64,000 bases of DNA from Candidatus Bathyarchaeia archaeon (GTDB lineage: Archaea > Thermoproteota > Bathyarchaeia > Bathyarchaeales > Bathycorpusculaceae). A model generated the notes under the pieces. The model saw nothing but the letters and a program-made list of their open reading frames with translations, was not told where the DNA came from and ran no database searches. Each line of letters begins with the position of its first letter. The stretch's first letter is position 1. A program made the translations under genes and the position numbers. This document shows positions 26,483 through 36,930 of this stretch, piece after piece. Location: positions 94,166-158,165 of the forward strand of contig JBEKXL010000004.1 in the NCBI GenBank assembly GCA_049512075.1, given 5' to 3'.

Positions 26483-27253
26483 CTAATGGTAGGTATGCTC
26501 ATCGTCCGGGTACTTGCCCGTGGAGACTTCCTCAATGAACTTGGCCACGGCGTCCTTTATCGTCTTGTTCAAGTTCGCGTACGTCTTTACATATTTTGGT
26601 TTGAAGTTCTCATCAAAACCAAGCATGTCATTTATGACAAGAACCTGCCCATCGCAGTGTTTGCCGGCACCGATGCCTATCGTTGGCACTTTTACGGAGT
26701 TGGTTATTATCTTGGCTAAACTTTCAGGAATGCATTCTAGTACTATGGAAAACACGCCGAGCCCGTCTAGCTCTAGGGCATCTTGCAGAATCTCTTGGGC
26801 TTCCTCAGGCTTTTTCCCCTTCACATGATAAGTTTCAGCCATCTGAGGAAGCATTCCCACGTGACCCATCACGGGGATTCCCGCTTTTATCAAGGCTTTT
26901 ATGGCGTCTGTTTTCTTTCCTTCGATTTTTACCCCGTTTGCTCCTGCTTCAACAAACTTTTTCGCGTTCTCAAGGCAGTCTTCCACTGTGTTGCAACTGT
27001 CTATCGGCATATCTCCGATGATCGGCGCGGATGTGGCTCTGCTTGCCACTGCCTTGATGTGGAATATCATGTCTCCCATCGTTACGCTCTTGGTATCCTT
27101 GTGGCCTTGCACGACCATGCCTGAACTGTCGCCGACGAGTATCATGTCTATGCCAGTCTGATCCAGTATTCTTGCCATTTGAGAGTCGTAGGCTGTCAAC
27201 ATTATGATTTTTTCCTTGCCCTTCTTCTGCTTAATTCTTTCCTGAAAGCTCAT
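26483..27253 (-). CDS. panB: 3-methyl-2-oxobutanoate hydroxymethyltransferase
   Basis: MLTAYD, LVGDS, VKIEG, PTIGIGAG..CDGQVLV. Confidence 0.95.
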   Translation of the reverse strand: MSFQERIKQKKGKEKIIMLTAYDSQMARILDQTGIDMILVGDSSGMVVQGHKDTKSVTMGDMIFHIKAVASRATSAPIIGDMPIDSCNTVEDCLENAKKFVEAGANGVKIEGKKTDAIKALIKAGIPVMGHVGMLPQMAETYHVKGKKPEEAQEILQDALELDGLGVFSIVLECIPESLAKIITNSVKVPTIGIGAGKHCDGQVLVINDMLGFDENFKPKYVKTYANLNKTIKDAVAKFIEEVSTGKYPDDEHTYH

Positions 27254-28136
27254 TGTTTTCCTCCAGAAATTTTATGAAACTAACGATGGTTTCGTTGACC
27301 GGTGTTGGAATATGATGTTTTCCACCTAGCTCAATTATCTTTCCGTTGAGAAAGTCAATTTCCGTCCTATTCCCTTTTATTATATCTTGGCACATGGAAG
27401 AGAAATTCGTGTATCCGACAATCTCTCTATCTATTCCTTTCTCCAAATCCCCCTGAAAAGCTATCCCCTCAGCCTTTCCGACATGGACGCACTCTCTGAC
27501 AATCTGATGTCTGACAGGTGCCAAGGTTTGCGTGCCGATTTCACGATTTCTAACGCGGAAAATCGCCGTCAGCGGGTTCACCACGCTGTTAACCACAACT
27601 TTGCCCCATATCCTATCTCTAATATTCCTGCAAAGACTTGTCTTCAAGCCGCATGCATTCAGGACATCTGCGATCTCCTCTGACGCAACGTCATTCTCTA
27701 TGAATGTGTCCCCTTTCCAATATTTCACTTGTCCCGCCTTGAAGAACTCCACAGCCATGGTTGTTATTCCTCTCAGAACCCTGGCTTTGCCGCTCACGGC
27801 GCGTTTGACGACCTCTTCGTTTCCGAGGCCATTCTGCAAAACCAAAACGACGGTGTCTTCCCTGAGAAGTTTGCTTATTCCTCTCATTGTACTTTCCGAG
27901 TCGTACGCCTTTGTTGTTAGGAAGATCAGCGTTTTTTGAGGTATTTCTCGAATTTGGGTGTCAGCGCGCAACTGGAAAGTTTCATTCACATCGCCCGAAA
28001 CTGAAAGACCGCTTGAGTCTAAAGCTTCCACGTGTGCTCTGTTTCCGATTAGTGTTATATCATTCTTCTTGGATAGCAAAGCGCCGACGACACTTCCTAT
28101 GGCGCCAGCGCCTAGAATGAAAGTCCTGTCAAACAT
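27231..28136 (-). CDS. panE: Ketopantoate reductase
   Basis: GAGAIG, TTKAY, LQNGLG, SSMCQD...TEIDFLNG; start trimmed to 28136. Confidence 0.92.
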   Translation of the reverse strand: MFDRTFILGAGAIGSVVGALLSKKNDITLIGNRAHVEALDSSGLSVSGDVNETFQLRADTQIREIPQKTLIFLTTKAYDSESTMRGISKLLREDTVVLVLQNGLGNEEVVKRAVSGKARVLRGITTMAVEFFKAGQVKYWKGDTFIENDVASEEIADVLNACGLKTSLCRNIRDRIWGKVVVNSVVNPLTAIFRVRNREIGTQTLAPVRHQIVRECVHVGKAEGIAFQGDLEKGIDREIVGYTNFSSMCQDIIKGNRTEIDFLNGKIIELGGKHHIPTPVNETIVSFIKFLEENNELSGKN

Positions 28137-28140
28137 CACA

Positions 28141-28935
28141 TCACTCGCCTTCGCCTGCGGTGTGTGCACTTTGCGTCGCGAGCTTTGAGAGGTTTTCTTT
28201 TATTACAGTGATGGATGCGGCCAGGTTTTTCTTGTTGTCATATTTCCGCAATATCTCTCTACATTTTTTGGGGTCCTGTTTTTTGAGCTTTTCAGCGGTT
28301 TCTACCAGCTTGGGCGCTGATCTCGCGATGTTGTCGACTATTGTGATGGTCGCTTTTTGTGCAGTCCGCGACAGGGGGTTCAGGTCTACTGCTATTACCT
28401 TTTTTCCCATTTTGACGAGAGCTTCCGTTCTGTCACCATCCTCCAACGGCACCATGACAACATCGGCTACTAGTATTCCCCGAGGATCAACGTGCCGCCT
28501 CTCACTGCTCAACTCTGGAATCTTTGCAGATGCCTTCTTGCCTATTCCAAACACTTCATGCGCGCCAGCTTTCTTGAGCAACTTCTCTATTGCAAGGTCC
28601 CTTTCAGGGGATCTGTAGAAAAGATTGACTTCAATCTTCGATTCTGTAACATCAGCGAGTTTCACGACTTCTTCAGCAACCAGAGCCGCCGTGTTGCCAT
28701 TGACCGAGATAACCGGATTTTCTGCCGTCAGAAGGATGGCAGCGGTTGCCGAGATAGCTTCTAGCGCCGGTTTGCTTGTTTTTTCGCCTAGCAAGTAATC
28801 GAAAGCTTCTCCACGACCGTGCGCAATAAGGCCCGAAGCAGCCACGATTCCTTCGAGATAGCGTGCTATCAGCCTCTCTCGTAATTGCAGGGATTCTGCT
28901 CTAGGGTGATCAGGGGGGATCTTGATGTCTGTCAC
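28141..28935 (-). CDS. 4-phosphopantoate--beta-alanine ligase (PPS)
   Basis: GLIAHGRGEAFDYLLGE, SVNGN, VPLEDGDR, DLNPLSRT. Confidence 0.93.
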   Translation of the reverse strand: MTDIKIPPDHPRAESLQLRERLIARYLEGIVAASGLIAHGRGEAFDYLLGEKTSKPALEAISATAAILLTAENPVISVNGNTAALVAEEVVKLADVTESKIEVNLFYRSPERDLAIEKLLKKAGAHEVFGIGKKASAKIPELSSERRHVDPRGILVADVVMVPLEDGDRTEALVKMGKKVIAVDLNPLSRTAQKATITIVDNIARSAPKLVETAEKLKKQDPKKCREILRKYDNKKNLAASITVIKENLSKLATQSAHTAGEGE

Positions 28936-29846
28936 TGAAGAAGTCGCGCTCCTTCATGATTCACTTTGCTTACGATAGTTTGACCGCTTAGGGCACTTTT
29001 GCGGAAGACCTGCAGAATCCGCTCGACCCCATTTTGGTCGGTTACAGTAAAAGCGGATTCTCCGAACATTGGCATGCTGCAGACCACGCCGGCTTTGTCC
29101 GCTGCGTCTAGGATGCCTCTCACCTTTTCAGTTATTAGTCCAACGTGTTCGGCGAATTGCCGAGAGAGCTTCATGAAGTTTATGATGGTCGGTGCGTTGA
29201 CCAGTTCCTTGACTAACTCACCGCCGAATCTGTTTATGCGAGCGCGTGTTTCGGGGTTGGTCAAGGATTCCCTTGTGGAGAGAGGCCCGAAAACATGGCA
29301 CGCCACCAAAGTGTCGTCAGGGACTGACAGACGCTTTATTTCTCCGATTCCTGGGGCTCCTGGCTTGACCCTGACCTCAAACCCGCCGAACGTTTCAGCT
29401 ATGATTGTTCCAAGCCCAGTCTTGCATTCGACTTCTGCAATGTGCGCTATCTGGGCAGCCTCTAATTTTGACATTCCCAACCCGGAAGCCTCGTTCAAGG
29501 CTAGAGCCAAACTCAACGCTGCAGCCCCGCTAGTGCCGAATCCCGCGCCTATTGGAGCTTCTATATGATGTTCTACTGAGATTTCAAAAGGGGGTGTGTC
29601 GCTGAAGCGGGAAAGGAAAGCGTCGACAACACGCCCCGAGACTTGTGCGGAGTTCGCTGTGTGATTGTTGATGCTGACTTTCAAATTGTACTTGGAACCT
29701 TTTTTGACTTTGACGGTTGTCTTGGCTCCTAAATCCAGTGAAACGCCAGCGCCTTTTGACCCTGCGAGTAGGGCATCTGCTGATTGATCAAATATCTGGA
29801 AGACTCCAGTGATGTGGCAGGGTGCGAACGCCGCAGCCTCTTCCAT
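28932..29846 (-). CDS. Pantoate kinase (GHMP family, PoK)
   Basis: APCHITG, GSKGAG, PIGAGFGTSGA, AHIAEV..TGLG. Confidence 0.9.
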   Translation of the reverse strand: MEEAAAFAPCHITGVFQIFDQSADALLAGSKGAGVSLDLGAKTTVKVKKGSKYNLKVSINNHTANSAQVSGRVVDAFLSRFSDTPPFEISVEHHIEAPIGAGFGTSGAAALSLALALNEASGLGMSKLEAAQIAHIAEVECKTGLGTIIAETFGGFEVRVKPGAPGIGEIKRLSVPDDTLVACHVFGPLSTRESLTNPETRARINRFGGELVKELVNAPTIINFMKLSRQFAEHVGLITEKVRGILDAADKAGVVCSMPMFGESAFTVTDQNGVERILQVFRKSALSGQTIVSKVNHEGARLLQ

Positions 29847-30103
29847 TTTCGACGCCCAGACGTCAAGTTTAATGAAAGGGCTTCAAATAAGAATTCTGTA
29901 TGAACAGTTTAAACATGTTTAGATTCTCCATCGTTTTTGTCGTACCACCACATAAAATCATCATTAGCGTGCAGTGAGAAAGTCGAGTTCTGACACGAAA
30001 TATTTGTGTTCCTCTGCTGTTGACGTCGTTGAGCAGCGGATGCTAAACCCTTATTTGTTACACTGGTTTCCTAACATCCCCCTAAGATGTGCGTCCGACG
30101 AGA

Positions 30104-30891
30104 ATGAGGATTCTGAATTATCGAGAGTTCGAGCGAAAGAGCGCGTTGCTCCCTTTAATGGAGCAGGCATTCGGTTGGCCATTTGACCCCATAGACTTTG
30201 ATAGGACCATCAAGTTGGACCCAAGACTGAGGGATGGCCGTATAGGATTCTGTGCCGTGGAAGAAAATAGAGCACTCGGATACGTTGACCTCATGGACTT
30301 GACGATGAGAACTGAAAATGGCAAATTGGAAAAGTTGGGGCATCTACAATGTTGCCACCTTGCCTGGACAGACGAGAAAGGGTATCTGCACCACGCTGCT
30401 AGACAGGACACATGAACATTTCTTGGAAAAGGGCATCGTTTCTCTTTTCTCACAACAAGCCCGACAATCGTGGCTTATGCTCTGTATGAAAAACTAGGCT
30501 ATTTTAGCGTGACATCGTTTCCGGGAGCGTACAAAGTGCAAGAGAAGGTGGGAAAAAAGGCGGCTTTACAACGTGAAAAAGCAAAGCTTGATGTTGACAG
30601 AATGTTGGAAATCTAAAGAAAGAGAAGAAGCAAATCAGAATAAGTGAGCTCATTGCTCACGACCGGAAGAAAATGAATCAGCTTGTCGGGCTAGTCTGGG
30701 ACAAAGCGAAGAACGTGGTCTTCGCCAGAGCAATCCTGGATCCCATGTTGCGCCGAGTCTATAGAGCACGTGGTTTCTCGGTTCTTGAAGCTGGACACGG
30801 CGTGCTCATGGTCAAGGAACTAACTGCTGAGGTCTCATACAACGAAGTGTATGGCGACAGATTCTACATGAGTGCCCTGGACCAGTTCTGA
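30104..30891 (+). pseudogene. GNAT acetyltransferase pseudogene
   Basis: Frameshift near 30335-30340 precedes motif A (VATLPGQTRKGI); ALYEKLGY; stop at 30614-30616; C-terminal fragment 30673-30891. Confidence 0.7.
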
Positions 30892-31116
30892 CCTTTCCAC
30901 TATCCAAGTTTCGCGGTGATTCTCAAACATCTGCAGAAGTGCGGGCTCAGGCTATCCATGCAGGGACTATAGGTTCTGAAGAAGCATGATACAGGACAAG
31001 GTTTCGTCTGTCAAGGTTTTCTCTGACAAATTGTCGAAAATGTTGAAGAAGAGTGGACAAGTGTTCCTTAAGCTTTTTAAAGGTCTGACAGCCCTTAGCT
31101 AAAGGGGGAGAAGAAG

Positions 31117-31479
31117 ATGGGCGATATTCCGGTTCCTCTCATAAATTACATACACCTCATAAAAGAGCGTAGGTCGCCTTACTACGACATCGTTGAGCAC
31201 GTTATGAAAGAGATGGAAATGCGTTACACCACGAAGGGGCAGGGTTCGGAAGCGGTTTACACGATTAACCCAAGAGTGTTGCAGGAACAGATTGAGCAAA
31301 AAATGAGGGACGAGCGGCTGACTACGGTGAATGTTTGCCGCACTATTTTGGCTATGTTGTACGGGGCTAAGCTTGACGAAGAGAAGGATTTCTTCGTGAC
31401 CACAACGAGCAGTGGACGGAGAAACTATCACATTAGGGTGAGTAACCGTACTCTGAATTCAATGTCGAAAATGTTGTGA
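31117..31479 (+). CDS. Hypothetical protein
   Basis: Clean 120-aa ORF with upstream TTTTAA box and GGAG. Confidence 0.7.
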   Translation: MGDIPVPLINYIHLIKERRSPYYDIVEHVMKEMEMRYTTKGQGSEAVYTINPRVLQEQIEQKMRDERLTTVNVCRTILAMLYGAKLDEEKDFFVTTTSSGRRNYHIRVSNRTLNSMSKML

Positions 31480-31713
31480 ACTGTTCCCTATTCGATTTGT
31501 GTCGTGAGCCAATAGGGCGAGGGATTCTCTGCTCTTTGTCCAATACTATGGCGGTCTTCGTTGCATCACTGTAACCCATTATCTTAGACTTGACTTTGTC
31601 GCTTAGGAGCTTTTTGCCTGTGACGTAACTCCCGTCGCCTGCGCTCTGTCGAGTGCTCAGCCATTTAAATACGTGGGTAATTCTCTTACAAGTCAGAATT
31701 GGTTGGGTCTTGC

Positions 31714-32403
31714 ATGTCTGAAACGTATGCATGTCGCCATCTTTTCACGCTGTTGAAGCTGGCTGAAATGGGAGCGCATCGCAGGACGGCAAAGATCTCC
31801 ACGGAATATTTGGCCGGAAAGCTGGGCGCTTCTCAGCAGACGGCATCACGTTACATGATTGAGCTGGAAGGCAAAGGATGGATTGAACGGACGATAACGC
31901 CCGAAGGCTGTCTCGTAGGAATTACAGGTGCGGGAATGAAGGAGCTGAACAAGCTCTATTCAACCCTGCGCGCGTTGATGGAAGCGGCCTATCCACCATC
32001 AATAACCCTGGAGGGCACGGTTTTCACTGGGTTCGGGGAGGGCGCCTACTACATATCGAGGGAAAGCTATAGAAAACAGTTCATCGAGAAACTGGGCTTT
32101 GATCCGTACCCGGGTACGCTTAACCTGAAACTCGTCACCGACTACGACCTCAAAGCCAGAAACGAACTGGAAGCCTACCCCGGCGTGGAAATCGAGGGCT
32201 TCAAAGACGAGGATCGCACTTTTGGCTCAGTGAAATGCTACCCCGTGATAATGGAGAACGAAGTGAAGGGCGCTCTCATCTTGGCTCTGAGAAGCCACTA
32301 CGACGCATCCGTGTTGGAGATCATCGCTCCCGTTCCCTTGAGGAAACGCCTCAAGCTAAAAGACGGACAAAAAGTGAAAGTCGAAGTGTTGACACTCCCC
32401 TGA
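31714..32403 (+). CDS. ribK: HTH-fused CTP-dependent riboflavin kinase (RbkR)
   Basis: N-terminal HTH SQQTASR; G.GEGAYY, PYPGTLN, LEIIAP..LR. Confidence 0.92.
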   Translation: MSETYACRHLFTLLKLAEMGAHRRTAKISTEYLAGKLGASQQTASRYMIELEGKGWIERTITPEGCLVGITGAGMKELNKLYSTLRALMEAAYPPSITLEGTVFTGFGEGAYYISRESYRKQFIEKLGFDPYPGTLNLKLVTDYDLKARNELEAYPGVEIEGFKDEDRTFGSVKCYPVIMENEVKGALILALRSHYDASVLEIIAPVPLRKRLKLKDGQKVKVEVLTLP

Positions 32404-32437
32404 GACTCATGTTCCACATCAGTACACGCGATGTTTT

Positions 32438-33076
32438 TCAGGCATCGGTTTCAACGGCATAGCCAGCCTTGCCCCACGAATTAGGATAGTTATATTCGTT
32501 CGTGACCCGTTTGTATCGGCGGGAAGCCGCCAGTGCATAACCTATCAACAGTCCTGTCGCTAAGCCGCCGAGGTGAGCCAAGTAGTTTACGTTAGTCCCA
32601 AGGTTGATGATGAAAAAGAAGAAAGCGTATATCAACGCGCCCATTATCGACTGTCCTATCGAGTGTCTAGCGTATATTATGGTCGCTCCTAGAACTCCGA
32701 AGATGGCGCCTGAGGCTCCGATGGAAAGGGTTTCGGGCGGCCAGAGGGCCAGTGTAAGCAGGCCTCCGGACAACCCGCTCAGAAAATAAATGAGCAAGTA
32801 TTCTTTGATGTCAAACATGTCTTCTGCTCTCAACCCGAAGATCAAGAGGAAAAACATGTTGCCGAAAATGTGCAGAATGTCCGCATGGACAAAAATGGCT
32901 GTGAAGAGCCTCCAGACCTCACCATTCCACACGTTAGTGTTGATTTGTCCTAAGGCGCCAACGACGTCATCGTTCGTAGCCAAGCTCCCGCTGAGGATCG
33001 AAGTGAATGCGTAAACGGCGACGTTTGCCGCTATGAACACGTAAGTAGGCATGTACTGTCTGGAGCTTTTGGACAT
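32438..33076 (-). CDS. Rhomboid intramembrane serine protease
   Basis: WRLFTAIFVH...HIFGNM, GASGAIFG, AHLGG. Confidence 0.92.
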   Translation of the reverse strand: MSKSSRQYMPTYVFIAANVAVYAFTSILSGSLATNDDVVGALGQINTNVWNGEVWRLFTAIFVHADILHIFGNMFFLLIFGLRAEDMFDIKEYLLIYFLSGLSGGLLTLALWPPETLSIGASGAIFGVLGATIIYARHSIGQSIMGALIYAFFFFIINLGTNVNYLAHLGGLATGLLIGYALAASRRYKRVTNEYNYPNSWGKAGYAVETDA

Positions 33077-33080
33077 CCAC

Positions 33081-33554
33081 TCACCTTCTGTAGTCTTCAA
33101 TGATTCTCTGTTTGATCTTCGAGGAACTGTCCAACTCGTCTGAGCTGAACTTTCCAACCCGAACAATCTTAATCTTCAACCCGTGCTGCTTCACGTAGTC
33201 TCTAACAGTTCTCTCCATTCCCAGCTGGTCGTACCCGAAAGCAACGACGTCAGGACTGATTTTTCCAACAACCTTTGCGACGTCGAACTTCTCGTAGCCC
33301 AGAATCGCCTCGTCAACAACCTTCAACGAGGCGACGAGAGCGCACCGTTGGTTCTCAGGCATAATGGGTTTTTCACCCTTCCTGCTCTCAACCGTGCTGT
33401 CTCGGCCGATTATGACCACTAGCTCGGCGTTCGGGCCGCCGACCTTCTTTGCTTCCTCTAGGAAGCGTACGTGTCCGAGGTGCAGCAGGTCGAACACCCC
33501 TGAAGCAAGAACTATCTTCCGCTTGGTTTTCTTTCCATTTTTGTCGTCGGCCAC
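33081..33554 (-). CDS. ribL: FAD synthase
   Basis: GVFDLLHLGH, GYDQ, SSSKIK. Confidence 0.85.
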   Translation of the reverse strand: MADDKNGKKTKRKIVLASGVFDLLHLGHVRFLEEAKKVGGPNAELVVIIGRDSTVESRKGEKPIMPENQRCALVASLKVVDEAILGYEKFDVAKVVGKISPDVVAFGYDQLGMERTVRDYVKQHGLKIKIVRVGKFSSDELDSSSKIKQRIIEDYRR

Positions 33555-33805
33555 TCAAACCTCACGGCTCCCAACAGTCTCAGGGCGTCAAGTAGCCCCT
33601 CACAGTAGGCGATTGAAGTAAGACTCACCTCGAATTTCTTCTTTTCCCTGTAATGTCTCGCATCCTCTAGGTAGGCTTTGGCGAAATCCATAACGTTACT
33701 GACGTGGGAGAAGTCAAGCGTTATCGGAGTTTCGGCAACCTCCATATGGTTGAACACGTGCTCTGCAGAGCTGATGTACTTTGAGGCCAGCTCGTTCAGG
33801 CTCAT
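33512..33805 (-). CDS. DUF357 family protein
   Basis: AYLEDA.HY...YCEGLLDALR; between dph5 and ribL. Confidence 0.8.
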   Translation of the reverse strand: MSLNELASKYISSAEHVFNHMEVAETPITLDFSHVSNVMDFAKAYLEDARHYREKKKFEVSLTSIAYCEGLLDALRLLGAVRFEWPTTKMERKPSGR

Positions 33806-34605
33806 TTCGAGACTGTCCCCAATCCTTCAGGTGCTCCTGCCAGCACGGTCAAAGCTTCAGCCTCCATGAAGTGGAGCTCTCCTGGAAAAATCAGGCTGTA
33901 GGGTGGACCCCCGAAATCATAGCTCAGCATATCCCTTATGAATCCCGCTCTCACAGTTGGGTCGCTGCTGCCCGCCCGTGCAACGCCGACGACGAGGGTC
34001 TCTTCGGTGACTGCCATCTTTTTCCGTTCCCCCTCTACTCTAAGAAGCCCGCTGAGAGCATCGTGGATGTTAAGGAAGCGCCTATTCTCCACCTTTATGT
34101 CGAGTAAGCAGAGCGTGTGAAGCCCAAGCTCCTTGTTCTGCGAAATCACCGAGTACGGAGTTTCGGAGGAAGCTTCATCCGGGAAAGGTATCGTAACACT
34201 TTTCCCGAACTTGTAATTGTGCAGACCAGACAGTCCGATGGCCGCAGAAAGGACGCTCGCCCCATGAACTATTCGCGTCTTTATTCCGCGTTTTTCTGCC
34301 TCAACTCTCAACGAAACATGCGTTGTGGCGATCAGCGGGTCGCCTGGAACAAGTAGCACAGCCTTGTGATTCTCCGCAGCTTTCATGATAACCTGCGCGT
34401 CTCCCTCTTCGAGATCCGCCCTCGACACCATGTTAACTCTCCTGCCGCAAGTCTTCTCAAACCTTACCAAAGAAAAACCCGGCAACAGACTCGTGTAGAG
34501 CTCCGCGAAGACGGTATCCGCGCTCTTGACCTCATCCAAACCACGCAAGCTGATTCCCATCTCGTCGTGAAGGCCAAGCCCAACGAACACTATTTCGCCC
34601 ACCAC
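33802..34605 (-). CDS. dph5: Diphthine synthase
   Basis: GLGL, ELYTS, GDPLIATTH, YKFGKSVTIP, HTLCLLDI. Confidence 0.95.
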   Translation of the reverse strand: MVGEIVFVGLGLHDEMGISLRGLDEVKSADTVFAELYTSLLPGFSLVRFEKTCGRRVNMVSRADLEEGDAQVIMKAAENHKAVLLVPGDPLIATTHVSLRVEAEKRGIKTRIVHGASVLSAAIGLSGLHNYKFGKSVTIPFPDEASSETPYSVISQNKELGLHTLCLLDIKVENRRFLNIHDALSGLLRVEGERKKMAVTEETLVVGVARAGSSDPTVRAGFIRDMLSYDFGGPPYSLIFPGELHFMEAEALTVLAGAPEGLGTVSK

Positions 34606-34788
34606 ATTCGACCTCTTTACATGCGAGAATAAGGGTTGAAACTTAAAACTCTTGGTATCGATTGCAGGGCGTACGGAAGAGTGAACGGAAGGAACTCTTA
34701 GTTTCTTTTGGACGCCTCGTGAAAAGTACTAAAGCTTTTTAGTCCGGACAATCGAAATAAACTGTCATGCCTGAAAGAAGGAGGCAAC

Positions 34789-35334
34789 GTGTTGAAAGAC
34801 GTTGAGTTAAGGCTCATTTCAGAGCTCATGAAGAACAGTCGCAGGAGCGATAGAGAACTAGCCAAGGCGTTGGGGATTTCACAACCTACGGTTAGTAGGT
34901 TAATCAGTAGACTCCAGAAAGAGGGAGTTATCAAAGAATACACTATGGTACCTGATTTCTGCAAACTGGGTTTCAATCTGATGGCTATCATTATGTTTAA
35001 ACTGAAACCCATTTCTCCCGCGGAAATCAAGGAGTTGCACGGAGCAGCGCATGAATTAGACAATCAACGACGTCACCCATACCTCCTGGTTATGGATGGA
35101 ATAGGGCTGGGGAAGGAGCTTGTAGTCATCTCGTTCCACAGAGACTACGGAGACTATGACAATTATATGAGAGGCGTAAAGGAAGCGGCGAGCCTCAGGA
35201 TGAAAGCCTACGTGAACACGAAGGACATCGAAGGTTTTCTGATAGACCTAAACTACAAAGACCACTATCAACCAATAACCTTCTCAAGACTGGCCACTCA
35301 CCTTCAAACGAAAGAAAACAAGAAGAAACAATAG
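34789..35334 (+). CDS. Lrp/AsnC-family regulator
   Basis: LMKNSRRSDRELAK.LGISQPTVSR..LQKEGVIKEYT. Confidence 0.88.
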   Translation: MLKDVELRLISELMKNSRRSDRELAKALGISQPTVSRLISRLQKEGVIKEYTMVPDFCKLGFNLMAIIMFKLKPISPAEIKELHGAAHELDNQRRHPYLLVMDGIGLGKELVVISFHRDYGDYDNYMRGVKEAASLRMKAYVNTKDIEGFLIDLNYKDHYQPITFSRLATHLQTKENKKKQ

Positions 35335-35550
35335 ACGAAATGGCAAGACGCTCTCAACAAGAAGGACAACCCAAACCGATACAGCTCGCGCGCGCGCCGA
35401 AACAAAAGGGAAAGAACCCGTTTGGCGTGAGGATCAATTGAAGGAGGCTTTCCCTCTGTTTAAGCAAGTCCTGGATGCCTTCATGCAGGTTAAAGGCATT
35501 GAGAGATTCGCTATATTCGTAGGATCCGAAAGGCAAGATGGTGTTAAGCC

Positions 35551-36141
35551 ATGAATGAACGTTATTATAGACAAGAAGACTCGAGTACAAGTGAGATGAG
35601 AAGGATGAAAAAGCCCCTTAAAGATGTCGAATTGAGATTGATTTCCGAGTTGATGGAAAACAGTCGCAGGAGTGACAGAGAACTGGCCAAAGCAATAGGA
35701 GTTTCTCAACCCACTGTTTCGAGAATGATCAAGAAGCTGGAGAAAGAAGGAACAATCAAAGAGTACACGATGATTCCTGATTTTGCGCAGCTTGGATATC
35801 AAATCATGGGTGTCTCCTTCGCCACACTTGAGGAACCTCAGAAGAATGGAACTACTGCAGAATCTAGGAAAGCTGTTGTTGAGACAGAGCAGAAACATCC
35901 CCCTGCATCTCTGATAGCTGTGAGGGGAATCGGCCTGGGGAAAGATACTATGTTCATCACGTTATACAAGGACTACTCGGCCTACGCAGAGGCCATGCAG
36001 CTAGCAAAGCGAATCCCAGATGTCAGTATCGATAGCTTGGCGAGTTTCCTAGTAGATCTCAACGACAAGAACAACTACAGGCTTCTGAGCATGTCGGCAA
36101 TATCTCGCCACATTCTTTCAGAAAAAGGTGACAAGCCATGA
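35551..36141 (+). CDS. Lrp/AsnC-family regulator (paralog)
   Basis: HTH nearly identical to upstream paralog; true start probably downstream, near 35605. Confidence 0.88.
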   Translation: MNERYYRQEDSSTSEMRRMKKPLKDVELRLISELMENSRRSDRELAKAIGVSQPTVSRMIKKLEKEGTIKEYTMIPDFAQLGYQIMGVSFATLEEPQKNGTTAESRKAVVETEQKHPPASLIAVRGIGLGKDTMFITLYKDYSAYAEAMQLAKRIPDVSIDSLASFLVDLNDKNNYRLLSMSAISRHILSEKGDKP

Positions 36142-36506
36142 ATGAAACTCGGATAGGCCCACACGAAAACCACTCGAGTAAATCATTCAATTTCACTCGA
36201 GCCATTTCAAAGAAAAAAGAAGCAAGAAAAACGGTTGGATTAACCATTAGCCCAAGGCTCTTAGACGAAGCACGAAACAGAAACTTGAATCTAAGCCGAA
36301 TCTTTGAACAAGCCCTAGCATCAATCATCGACTACATTCCCCACGAAACACAATCCGAAAGCTCTTTATCTCTTACCGTCGGTTCTCTTCAAAGAGAAAC
36401 GACTTGGGCGGGTAGATCAGCCTGGCATGATCGCCACGTTGGCATCGTGGAGGTCCCGGGTTCAAATCCCGGCCCGTCCACAAAACATCCCTCCCCTCTC
36501 AAGTAG
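36138..36506 (+). CDS. CcdA-like RHH protein whose frame runs through tRNA-Ala
   Basis: TVGLTISPRLLDEARNRNLNLSRIFEQAL; no stop before the tRNA. Confidence 0.55.
   Translation: MNETRIGPHENHSSKSFNFTRAISKKKEARKTVGLTISPRLLDEARNRNLNLSRIFEQALASIIDYIPHETQSESSLSLTVGSLQRETTWAGRSAWHDRHVGIVEVPGSNPGPSTKHPSPLK
36406..36480 (+). tRNA. tRNA-Ala(GGC)
   Basis: Acceptor GGGCGGG/CCCGTCC with G3:U70; anticodon arm CCACG-TTGGCAT-CGTGG; TTCAAAT T-loop. Confidence 0.93.
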
Positions 36507-36930
36507 TTGCTGGGCGTTTCTTTTCCGGTCACACCTTGTGCGCGCGACCGAAAACGACACCGAAAAAACAGAAGAAACAGTACTGTAAAGAGTTACAATT
36601 CAAGTTCTCCCCTATGAGCGCGGGCAGATGAACAACAAAGAACAGAATGGACACAAAACATGAAATTTGCTTCATTTCCCAATTTTGTCCGAATGTTTTT
36701 TCTTCTTTTGAGCATTCTTTTTCTCATTGAGGGCATATACTGATCTCCATGAAGCAATACTTGCTATTAATAATATTGCACTTTTCAAGTCTTAAAAAAA
36801 ACTTTTGACCAATTAGGCCTCCGTGAGTTGGAAAAAGAGAGGGGTTGCGCGGGAGGCTTCTATCACTGGCAACATGAGGTTCTTATAAAGGGTATTTAAG
36901 CATCGGCCACACTATAAGAAGCGGTGTCTA

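Noticed and set aside
36500-36900. Chromosomal origin (ORB-like TGGAAAAAGAGAGGGG near 36830 plus AT-rich DNA)
   Set aside because: Single weak match, no repeats and no adjacent orc1/cdc6 gene.
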